Shown: piece after piece, positions 8,259 through 15,762 of the stretch
How the letters are laid out: the number at the start of each line of letters is the position of its first letter
Numbering within the stretch: the first letter of the stretch is position 1
Assembly: GCA_964355955.1 (NCBI GenBank)
Contig: CAYHFQ010000006.1
Span: forward strand, 11,633 to 43,632
Direction of reading: 5' to 3'
Origin: an uncultured Gammaproteobacteria bacterium
GTDB lineage: Bacteria; Patescibacteriota; Patescibacteriia; UBA9934
Length of the DNA: 32,000 bases
Program-made: the position numbers and the translations under genes
Notes under the pieces: model-generated
Seen by the model: only the letters and a program-made list of their open reading frames with translations
The model's database searches: none
What the model was told of the DNA's origin: nothing

Positions 8259-8666
8259 TCAGAAGAGGGGAGGCTTGATGTCCATGATGGCGTCAGTGGC
8301 CTTGTTCAGCCGGCTGATCTCGTCGGTGCTGAAGATGTTTGGTCGCAGAGACTCTTCAGCGAACCAGGTGTGGATCTTGCCGGTTGGTACGAGTGGGCAG
8401 ACGGGCTTGAAAGACTGCTCCACAACACTATGTTGACGAAGGGCCACGGCGAGGGCGAGGTGCCAGTGGCGGAGGATCAACTCGCTCTTTTGGATGTCCT
8501 TGTAGCGCAGGACCTCGATGATGGTGGCCCAGACTTGGGCGAACTGCTCATCGGTCATCAGAGGAGTCTCGTTCTCCCAGACGATGGGTCGAGCGGAGCT
8601 GAAGATGGGCGGAGGCTCTGGGGCCTTGAAGGGCCAGGCTGGACTGCGTGGAGAACGGAAAGCCAT
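8259..8666 (-). CDS. Hypothetical 135-aa protein, codon-usage outlier
   Basis: The most protein-like of four overlapping ORFs here. All 11 Ile codons are ATC and all 8 Phe codons are TTC. SD AAGGA and a TTGACT-N17-TACATT promoter-like pair lie upstream on the minus strand. Confidence 0.5.
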   Translation of the reverse strand: MAFRSPRSPAWPFKAPEPPPIFSSARPIVWENETPLMTDEQFAQVWATIIEVLRYKDIQKSELILRHWHLALAVALRQHSVVEQSFKPVCPLVPTGKIHTWFAEESLRPNIFSTDEISRLNKATDAIMDIKPPLF

Positions 8667-8786
8667 GTGGGCATCCTTTTTATCAGCTGGGCTGATGGGG
8701 TGTGGGGGTGGTGGTGTGTCCGGTTGGACGGCGAAAATGTACTCCAGTTTTAAGCTGAAGTCAATAATGTTAGCAGTATTTTGTGA

Positions 8787-9524
8787 CTATTTGGTTTTCT
8801 TGTAGACACCGGTAACGAGGTTATGCTTAATGCGAAAGAGGTCGTTTAAAGTGCGCCAAGCGTCGTGGATAGGGCGGACGCGGGAGTCCTTGGAGTTGTA
8901 CCAGGAGACGGCAACTTCCTTGATTTTGTAGTGAAAAATGGATTGAGCGATAGCTAAAACTTCCATGTCGAAGCCGAAGCCGGTGGTGCGTTGTTTGGCA
9001 AAGATGTTGTGAGCAGCCGCCTTGGTAAAGAGTTTGAAGCCGCATTGCGTGTCGCGAATGCCGCGAATGAGGAGCGTTTGAATGAGGAGGTTGCCGAGTC
9101 GACTTAGGATGATGCGGTAAAGAGGTTGCTTGATGACGACATTACTCGTATGGAGATGGCGTGAGCCGATGGCGACTTCGTGGGTGTTCATGTAGGGGAG
9201 GAGCTTTTCGACTTCGCGGAGTGGAGTGGAATTGTCCGCGTCCATGAAGAGGGCGAGCTTGCCAGTACTGGCTAGCATGCCGTGCTTAACAGCGTGACCT
9301 TTACCCTGGTTTTTAGCGAAGGGGAGGACACGGAGCATCGGTAAGAGTTTCTGGAGGTCGGTAGCAACCTCGACTGTATTGTCCTTGCTGCCGTCGTCGA
9401 CCACAATAATCTCCACCGTTAAGTCTGAGGTGATGAGATATTTGGCAATGTCACGAAGAGTAGCGGGCAGACGCTCCGCTTCGTTATAGCAAGGAATGAT
9501 GATGCTGAGATCCGGTGTCTTCAT
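8787..9524 (-). CDS. GT2 polyprenyl-phosphate glycosyltransferase
   Basis: Motifs LSIIIPCYNEAERL, VVDDGSKDNT and FMDADNS (DXD). Confidence 0.9.
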   Translation of the reverse strand: MKTPDLSIIIPCYNEAERLPATLRDIAKYLITSDLTVEIIVVDDGSKDNTVEVATDLQKLLPMLRVLPFAKNQGKGHAVKHGMLASTGKLALFMDADNSTPLREVEKLLPYMNTHEVAIGSRHLHTSNVVIKQPLYRIILSRLGNLLIQTLLIRGIRDTQCGFKLFTKAAAHNIFAKQRTTGFGFDMEVLAIAQSIFHYKIKEVAVSWYNSKDSRVRPIHDAWRTLNDLFRIKHNLVTGVYKKTK

Positions 9525-9525
9525 A

Positions 9526-10020
9526 CTACTTTTTAAACGTCCAGAAGCGATTAGCTAAGAAATTGTACATCAGGACGGCGATAGACGCAGCTATTTTAGC
9601 AACTGTGAGGCCCCAAGTTGGGATTGGCGCGCCACCTGCAATGAATGAAGAGCTAATCAGTAGCTGGTAGAGAGCAGCCGAGAAGATGGTGAGGAAGAAG
9701 AGGTTGAGCAGCCAACCGCCAGTCGAAACAAGGAGGAATTTAGCGTATTGTTTTTTGCTACCAGCACGATTATCGGCGGCGAAGGTCCAGCGACTATTCC
9801 AGTAATAGTTGTTGGTGACGGCGAGGATGAAGCTGGTGGAGGCGGCGACGGCGTGTAGGGCTGGGGTCGAGCCTAGGAAGGTGGTGGCAATGAGAAAGGT
9901 GAAAAGGCCGACATCGATGAAGGTGCCGCTAATGCCAACTAGGGCGTACTTGAGGAAGACTAGACCGTGCTGTTGCCTTAGTTGTTGCAGTTTCTTTAAG
10001 GCTATTTTTTTGTTTGACAC
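9526..10020 (-). CDS. GtrA-family membrane protein
   Basis: Four TM segments. Motifs YYWNSRWTF and NRFWTF. Confidence 0.85.
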   Translation of the reverse strand: MSNKKIALKKLQQLRQQHGLVFLKYALVGISGTFIDVGLFTFLIATTFLGSTPALHAVAASTSFILAVTNNYYWNSRWTFAADNRAGSKKQYAKFLLVSTGGWLLNLFFLTIFSAALYQLLISSSFIAGGAPIPTWGLTVAKIAASIAVLMYNFLANRFWTFKK

Positions 10021-10023
10021 AGA

Positions 10024-11460
10024 TTAGTTTTGCATGAGTGAGATGTCGTTGACAGTGCCTGTGACGTGATAATCAGGGAAATCGGTTGGATGATGAGCGA
10101 CGATGATTGTGGGAGCGACGGGTAGCGTGAATACTTGATTAGCGGATCTGTCTGCAATGAGAGCCCAGCCGCCGATGTATTCTGTGTTGCCGTTAGCGTC
10201 AGGGGTTAAGTAGACGTGAAGGCTACGCGTTTCGCCGAGATAGAAACGGAGTAATATGAAGTCGAAAGGATCTGTGGCGAGCACTTCACTGTGCGGAGCC
10301 AGCTGGTTAATTTTGTTGGCTAAGGTTGAAAAATGCGGACTGTAGGTGTTAGGCTTGATGGCTAAAACAAGCAGAATATAAACGCCGACGGTGGTTTTAA
10401 GAATGGCAAATTTGTTATCTAGACGACTGAGGGCGAGGATAAGGAAGAGAACCAAGAAGAGGCCGCTACCGGTTAAAAAGCGTTCGACGAAAAGTTGAAC
10501 ATGAATTAACTGGAGGGCGAGAGCAGCAAGTAATGGAAAAGCGGTCATGAAGCCGGTCACAGCGAGAGTGGCGTCCCATTTTTTGCGGAGAGTGATGACG
10601 ACGACGAGGGTGGTGATGAGAATAACCAAGATGACACTGACGGAAGCGACGGAGAGCCATTCGACGCGGTAACCGAGGGCGGGAGGCACGCCGGCGACAC
10701 CGACTGGGGCGCCGAAGAGGAAGATGTGAAGGGCGGTCGGTAAATGGTCGAAGGTTGTGTTGGGGACCCAGCCAAGGGAGTCATGGCTGCTGACTTGAGT
10801 ATGAAAAGAGGGGAGCCAAGCGAGGCCGCCAATGAGGGGAATAAGGTAAGACTGCCAAATGATGCGACGATGCTTGATGATGTCGGCGACAACGAAAGCA
10901 AGGGCGAAGACGAAGCCCAGGTAGTGAGTTAACATGAGGGCGAGGAGCAGGAAGCCGTAAAGGAGATTTAGTTTGAGGGATGGCTTGGCCCAGGACTTGG
11001 TTAAAACGATAGTAGTGAGGGCGAGGAGAAATGCGAAGAGGGCATACATGCGAGCTTCTTGGCCGTAGTTGATGAAGAAGGGGTTGATGGCCATGACGAG
11101 GCTGCCGAGAATGGCGGGGAGGGGACTCTTGGGGCACCACTGGCGGAGGGCGACGTAGACCAAGCCGATGGTGGCGACGCTTAAGATGACCGAGAAGCTG
11201 CGGATGGCCAGCGGGCTGCTGGTGGCGACGAGCGTCCAGAGTTTGAGGAGAAGATAGTAAAGTGGTGGATGGACGTCGTGGACGATGATGCTCATCATTT
11301 GGCCCCAGGTTTGGCGGACGGTGACGCCGGTGAAGGCTTCGTCGTACCAGAAGTCGCGTTGCATGAGGGGGATGGCGCGGAGAATGGCACCCAAGGCCAT
11401 GGTGCCGAGGACGGCCAAGGACGGCCAGAGGGACTTTATTTTGAAGGAGATTTTAGACAT
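10024..11460 (-). CDS. GT-C fold (GT39/ArnT-like) membrane glycosyltransferase
   Basis: Polytopic. The first loop carries RDFWYDEAFTG. I prefer the MSKISF start at 11460, because a TATACT -10 (11477-11472, minus) lies inside the longer ORF that starts at 11481. Confidence 0.8.
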   Translation of the reverse strand: MSKISFKIKSLWPSLAVLGTMALGAILRAIPLMQRDFWYDEAFTGVTVRQTWGQMMSIIVHDVHPPLYYLLLKLWTLVATSSPLAIRSFSVILSVATIGLVYVALRQWCPKSPLPAILGSLVMAINPFFINYGQEARMYALFAFLLALTTIVLTKSWAKPSLKLNLLYGFLLLALMLTHYLGFVFALAFVVADIIKHRRIIWQSYLIPLIGGLAWLPSFHTQVSSHDSLGWVPNTTFDHLPTALHIFLFGAPVGVAGVPPALGYRVEWLSVASVSVILVILITTLVVVITLRKKWDATLAVTGFMTAFPLLAALALQLIHVQLFVERFLTGSGLFLVLFLILALSRLDNKFAILKTTVGVYILLVLAIKPNTYSPHFSTLANKINQLAPHSEVLATDPFDFILLRFYLGETRSLHVYLTPDANGNTEYIGGWALIADRSANQVFTLPVAPTIIVAHHPTDFPDYHVTGTVNDISLMQN

Positions 11461-11489
11461 AGATTGTGTGAAGTATAGCACGATGACGT

Positions 11490-11636
11490 GAGACTCGGGA
11501 GGGGATCGCCCGCGCCTAAAGCCTCGTCGTCACTTGGCTTTGGCTGGGCACCAGCTCGCGGTTCCGTGTGGTCACGGAACATCGCTCCGCTGTTCGATCC
11601 CCGACATAGGCCAAGCAGTTGGCCTATTCTCGGGCA
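11490..11636. other. GC-rich structured patch containing tRNA-Lys T-arm-derived fragments
   Basis: GAGACTCGGG at 11490-11499. GGGGATCG (11501-11508) is complementary to CGATCCCC (11595-11602). Hairpins: AAAGCC/GGCTTT (11518-11541), GTTCCGTG/CACGGAAC (11561-11580) and ATAGGCCAA/TTGGCCTAT (11606-11627). GTTCGATCCCCG (11592-11603) is identical to the tRNA-Lys T-arm. Confidence 0.4.
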
Positions 11637-11663
11637 CAAAAAAACAGCCTAGGGCTGTTTTTT
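11636..11663. terminator. Bidirectional terminator after tRNA-Lys
   Basis: AAAAAAACAGCC-TAG-GGCTGTTTTTTT. Confidence 0.75.
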
Positions 11664-11738
11664 TGGTGCGCCGAGCGGGGATCGAACCCGCGACCACAGG
11701 CTTAAAAGGCCTTTGCTCTACCACTGAGCTACCAGCGC
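11664..11738 (-). tRNA. tRNA-Lys (anticodon UUU), CCA encoded
   Basis: Manual cloverleaf: GCGCTGG/TA/GCTC-AGTGGTA-GAGC/A/AAGGC-CTTTTAA-GCCTG/TGGTC/GCGGG-TTCGATC-CCCGC/TCGGCGC/A/CCA. Confidence 0.93.
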
Positions 11739-11802
11739 CAGCTGGATTTGTGACGGGGGGAGAATAGCATTATTGGTGGATAAAATCAAGTTGGGCGGCT
11801 TG

Positions 11803-11811
11803 TGATATAAT
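11803..11811 (+). promoter_or_regulatory. Extended -10 (TGaTATAAT) for murD
   Basis: TATAAT at 11806-11811 ends 10 nt before the ATG at 11822. There is no SD, implying a leader of only a few nt. Confidence 0.5.
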
Positions 11812-11821
11812 CGAACCATAT

Positions 11822-13276
11822 ATGGACTTATTAAAACAAGAGAGTTTTCAAGATGCGATTGTGACCGTAATGGGACTGGGGAGATATGGTGGCGGAGGGG
11901 GGTTGAGCGCTACTAAATGGTTACTCCGACATGGGAGCCAGATTGTGATTACGGATTTGAAAGATGCTGCCGAGCTTAAGGAAAGCGTCGACGGCGTGAT
12001 GGAGTGGTTCAATAAGTATCGTGAGCTATTTCCAGATAGGACGATTTATCAGCCGTTGTTTATTTTGGGTCAACACAGGCCGGAGGATTTTTTGAGTGTG
12101 GATTGTGTAGTGCAGTCGCCGGGCGTGCAGAGTGAAGTGGAGTTTGTGCAGCAGGCCAAGGACAAGGGTGTAGCGATAGAGTCGGACGTCAGCCTTTTCT
12201 TCCGGTACTTTCCATTCCCGACGATTGCGGTGACTGGCACGCGGGGCAAGACGACTACTACACGTTTGCTTGGAGCGATGCTGAAGAAGATGGATGAGGG
12301 TGCTGTGATGGCTGGTAATATTGTGATGTCGCCGCTTGAGGTGCTTGATGAATTAATAGCCAAGAAGTCGCCGACGCCGGTGGTGATTGAATTGTCTTCC
12401 TGGATTTTGGAGAGTTTACCGACTGTTTTTTCCGACTTGAAGAAGGGGCCAGATATTGCGGTGATCACGAACGTCTTCCCGGATCACTTGAGCCGTTATG
12501 CAGATTTTGACGCTTATATCGCGTCGAAGGAGATAATGATAGCCAAACAGACGCCAGCCCAGTTTACAGTATTGAATTATGATAACGAGCCACTGCGGAA
12601 GTTGGCGGAGAAAGTGACCGGTAAGCTGTTTTGGTGTTCCGGTACGTCGCAAGAACATGACGGTTGCTATGTAAAAAATGGCCAGGTGGTGTTCCGTCAG
12701 GATAATTTGGAAACGGTTATTTTGCCGGTAGTTGAGCTTGGTTTGCAGAGTCCAGAAAATTTGGAAAATGTGTTGACGGCGGCTTGTGCGGCGATGTTGC
12801 GTGGTGTTAAAGTGGCTGATGTGGCTGCGACGCTCAAAGAATTTGTTGGTGCCAGCGAGCCACAAGAGTTGGTGCGCGAGGTCGACGATATTACTTTTAT
12901 CAACGATACAGTGGCAATTACGCCGAATGCGACAATTGAGGCACTCAAGAAGTTCGGCGGGCACGGCGACGTGGTGTTGATTGCTGGTGGCGAGGACCAG
13001 AGTGTTGATTATAAGGAGTTGATTGAGGCTATTGCTAGGTCATGTAAGCACGTCATCTTGCTGCCTGGCACAGCGTCGGACAGTTTTGAGACGATGTTGC
13101 AGGGTAAAATAGAGACTGAACGGGCACTGGAGATGGCCGACGCGGTAATGAAGGCGAGGGCGGCAGCGGTGCGCGGCACGGTAGTCCTGTTGTCGCCAGC
13201 TGCGCCAGGTGCTCCACTTTTTGCGAATGAGTTTGTACGAGGGGAGCAGTTTAGAGACGCTGTCCGAACCTTATAA
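11822..13276 (+). CDS. murD: UDP-N-acetylmuramoylalanine--D-glutamate ligase
   Basis: Rossmann-like N-terminus VMGLGRYGGG. Mur ligase P-loop VTGTRGKTTTTRL. C-terminal LLSPAAPGAPLF..F..RGEQF. Confidence 0.88.
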   Translation: MDLLKQESFQDAIVTVMGLGRYGGGGGLSATKWLLRHGSQIVITDLKDAAELKESVDGVMEWFNKYRELFPDRTIYQPLFILGQHRPEDFLSVDCVVQSPGVQSEVEFVQQAKDKGVAIESDVSLFFRYFPFPTIAVTGTRGKTTTTRLLGAMLKKMDEGAVMAGNIVMSPLEVLDELIAKKSPTPVVIELSSWILESLPTVFSDLKKGPDIAVITNVFPDHLSRYADFDAYIASKEIMIAKQTPAQFTVLNYDNEPLRKLAEKVTGKLFWCSGTSQEHDGCYVKNGQVVFRQDNLETVILPVVELGLQSPENLENVLTAACAAMLRGVKVADVAATLKEFVGASEPQELVREVDDITFINDTVAITPNATIEALKKFGGHGDVVLIAGGEDQSVDYKELIEAIARSCKHVILLPGTASDSFETMLQGKIETERALEMADAVMKARAAAVRGTVVLLSPAAPGAPLFANEFVRGEQFRDAVRTL

Positions 13277-13550
13277 TAGGCGGGGTTACCACGCCCCGCT
13301 GTATCTGTCTTTGCGAGCGTCAGCGAAGCAATCTTGGCCAGCGATTCGCCGTTCCAGTCAACGCGAGACTCGGGGAGTCCCTTTCTTTCTCCGTCGGGCG
13401 TTTAGACGATCGACAATTACTATTGAATGTGAATTGTCGACATATAAACGCGCGTCCCTCGGTCGACGAAAGGGACATCCCACTCGTCTTCGTTGACTAC
13501 GGGCTCGATAATACGTTTAATCTACCAACTACCGACTACCAACTTTTCTT
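13277..13550 (+). repeat. 274-nt modular GC-rich intergenic element (copy A)
   Basis: Modules AATAGGCGGGGTTACCACGCCCCGC (13275-13299), GTCTTTGCGAGCGT (13307-13320) and GAGACTCGGGG (13365-13375). Hairpins at 13410-13440 and 13454-13476. GATAAT at 13507-13512. Heptads CTACC at 13522, 13529 and 13536. Confidence 0.6.
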
Positions 13551-14876
13551 ATGGGTCTCCTCCATACAATTAAATCCAAAATACCTTCAGCCTGGCTACA
13601 GCCGTACCATTATGTTTTGGCGCGGGGATCGGCCTTGGTTTATGGTAATCCGTCGAATAAGCTGATAGTGATTGGTGTGACGGGCACCAAGGGCAAGAGT
13701 TCCACCACGCAGATGATGGCGCAGTTACTGACGGCGTCGGGTAAAAAAGTGGGCTATACGGGGACGGCCGGGTTTTCGATTGCGGGACAGGTGATTGAGA
13801 ATAGAATGAAGATGACGATGCCGGGGCGGTTTGTGTTGCAACGTTTGTTGCGAGCAATGGTGAAAGCTGGTTGTGAGTATGCGATTATTGAGACGTCGTC
13901 GCAAGGTTTGTTGCAGTATCGTCATTTAGGGATAAATTACGATGTGGCAGTTTTTACTAATTTGAGCCCGGAGCATATTGAAGCGCACGGTGGTTTTGCG
14001 GCCTATCGGGCGGCGAAGAAGTTGTTGTTTACGCACTTATTGATGAGAGTGCACAAGATCATTGACGGTCAGAAAATTGATAAAGTGATTGTCACGAATG
14101 GCGATGATGAGGCGAGTGAGTACTACGCTGATGCGCCGGCGGATAAGAAGTTTAGTTTTTCTTGGCACGGCCAGGCGTCGGCGAACAGAATTGTACCAAC
14201 GAGTGTTATTCGTGATGAAAACGGTTTGCGGATGACGATAGACCATGTCGATTTTGCTGTGCCGCTGGTGGCTGAATTTGAACAACAAAATGCCTTATGT
14301 GCGATTGCTACGCTAGCCTCAGTGGGGATTCCGTTGACGCAGTTGGCTAGGGCGGCCCAGAGTTTGCAGTCTATTCCGGGACGGTTTGAACGGATTGTGG
14401 GTGGTCAGCCGTTTACGGTTATTGTTGACTATGCTTATGAACCGAAAGCGATCGAGACTTTGTTGCGTTCCGTTGAGCCGTTGAAGCCTAAACGAATAAT
14501 TGGCGTGCATGGTTCGGCTGGTGGTGGTAGGGACGTGGCACGCCGCGAAAAGATTGGGCGTTTGGCAGGTGCCAAAGAAGACGTAGTGATTGTGACCAAT
14601 GAGGATCCATACGACGACAATCCGGAGGAGATTGTGCGGATGGTGGCAGACGGGGCGAGGGCGGTGGGGAAGACTGATGGTCAGAATTTGTTCGTGATAA
14701 TGGATAGACAAGTGGCGATAGATAAGGCTATGCAGTTAGCTCAGCCAGGGGACGTGGTACTACTGACCGGTAAAGGATCGGAGCCGGTCATGGCTGTGGC
14801 TGGTGGCGTTAAGCTGCCTTGGGACGATAGAACTGCAGCGCGCAAGGCTTTAGCTAAACTTGGTTACAGCGTATGA
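13551..14876 (+). CDS. murE: Mur ligase, MurE-like, with a very short N-terminal domain
   Basis: P-loop GVTGTKGKSSTT starts at residue 42. Also LTGKGSE and PWDDR near the C-terminus. Located in the dcw context directly after murD. Confidence 0.75.
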   Translation: MGLLHTIKSKIPSAWLQPYHYVLARGSALVYGNPSNKLIVIGVTGTKGKSSTTQMMAQLLTASGKKVGYTGTAGFSIAGQVIENRMKMTMPGRFVLQRLLRAMVKAGCEYAIIETSSQGLLQYRHLGINYDVAVFTNLSPEHIEAHGGFAAYRAAKKLLFTHLLMRVHKIIDGQKIDKVIVTNGDDEASEYYADAPADKKFSFSWHGQASANRIVPTSVIRDENGLRMTIDHVDFAVPLVAEFEQQNALCAIATLASVGIPLTQLARAAQSLQSIPGRFERIVGGQPFTVIVDYAYEPKAIETLLRSVEPLKPKRIIGVHGSAGGGRDVARREKIGRLAGAKEDVVIVTNEDPYDDNPEEIVRMVADGARAVGKTDGQNLFVIMDRQVAIDKAMQLAQPGDVVLLTGKGSEPVMAVAGGVKLPWDDRTAARKALAKLGYSV

Positions 14877-15343
14877 TGAATCATGTTCATTTACCCTTGC
14901 ATGACCGTGAAGAACGCTACGGAATGTTCCGGGCCAGCGGGAGGTCGATAATGCCGAAGATTATATTTGGCGTGATTTGGACGTTGTTACCGTTTTTTTT
15001 GCTGTTTGAGATTTTGCGTTTAGAGTGGTACGGCGTAATTTTGTTAATGGTAGTTGGGATTTCTGGTTTACGTTATTTGTTGGCGGTGCGAGCTGGTTGG
15101 TATGGGAGTGTGTTAGTGGTGACGAATGAGCGAGTGATTGATGTTACTAAAAAAGGTTTTGATAAACCGGTCATGACCAGCGTTGGCTGGAATGAGATGA
15201 AGGCAGTGAAGCTTGGGGTAAGATCGATCATCATCGAAACATGTACGAAAGTACCAATGATGTTGACGCTCACCAACGTCAAGAAGCCTGCTCTCGTCAT
15301 GAACCTTATTTCTGAGGTACAATCTAAGCACGCTAAACGATAA
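14873..15343 (+). CDS. Membrane protein with a bacterial PH (YdbS/YdbT-like) domain
   Basis: ATGA overlap with the upstream stop. Two TM segments, then VVTNERVIDV...TLTNVKKP. Confidence 0.65.
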   Translation: MMNHVHLPLHDREERYGMFRASGRSIMPKIIFGVIWTLLPFFLLFEILRLEWYGVILLMVVGISGLRYLLAVRAGWYGSVLVVTNERVIDVTKKGFDKPVMTSVGWNEMKAVKLGVRSIIIETCTKVPMMLTLTNVKKPALVMNLISEVQSKHAKR

Positions 15344-15345
15344 CT

Positions 15346-15762
15346 ATGCGGACTGAACGACCGTGGCTGCGCTCAATAACTAAGTTCGGCACCGTCTTTG
15401 TGATTGGTGTAGCTGTTTTGTTTTTACTGTGTTTGGGCTTTGGCCGTGAGTATTTGCGTAACCGAGAGATTGAGAGAAATATTCATGATCTACAGGTACA
15501 AAATGACGAATTGTCTGGCAAGCAGCTGGCAGCTTTGAGTGTAATTCAATCATTGTCGAGTGAATATTATTTGGAAGGAGAGGCACGAGCTAAGCGTGGT
15601 TTGGCTAAGCCTGGCGAAGAAGAGGTGGTAATTCAACAGCCGGAAACGACCGATCTAACTATTACAGATACGCGGAACGAGGCCGCCAGTGCCAGTAATT
15701 TAAGACGTTGGTACTATTACTTTTTTGATAAACAGAAGTTCGCTGAACTTCGAGCGCTATGA
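15346..15762 (+). CDS. FtsB/DivIC-like septum formation initiator
   Basis: One TM segment, a coiled coil (REIERNIHDLQVQNDEL), then SEYYLEGEARAKRGLAKPGEEEVVI. Confidence 0.6.
   Translation: MRTERPWLRSITKFGTVFVIGVAVLFLLCLGFGREYLRNREIERNIHDLQVQNDELSGKQLAALSVIQSLSSEYYLEGEARAKRGLAKPGEEEVVIQQPETTDLTITDTRNEAASASNLRRWYYYFFDKQKFAELRAL

Noticed and set aside
8236-8805. Plus-strand ORFs 8236-8436, 8370-8753 and 8518-8805.
   Set aside because: These are Gly/Trp/Arg-rich translations typical of the antisense of a C-ending-codon gene. The minus-strand ORF 8259-8666 has an SD and coherent composition.
10466-11478. ORFs 10466-10660, 10557-10901 and 10781-11140 (minus strand, other frames), plus 10744-10932, 11269-11478 and 11285-11491 (plus strand).
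   Set aside because: They overlap the GT-C membrane glycosyltransferase frame, which has coherent TM helices. The alternatives are Ser/Pro/Arg-rich shadow frames.
11490-11636. The GC-rich patch as tmRNA, SRP RNA or an intact tRNA.
   Set aside because: It has no tag-peptide reading frame ending in a stop with an Ala-rich tail. It has no GNAR-tetraloop helix 8 with a GGAA/AGCA symmetric loop. There is no complete cloverleaf, only T-arm-like fragments.
12070-12980. Antisense ORFs inside murD (12070-12468, 12416-12964, 12697-12948), plus the alternate plus-strand frame 12786-12980.
   Set aside because: The murD frame has the Mur ligase P-loop and domain order. The antisense translations have no recognisable features.
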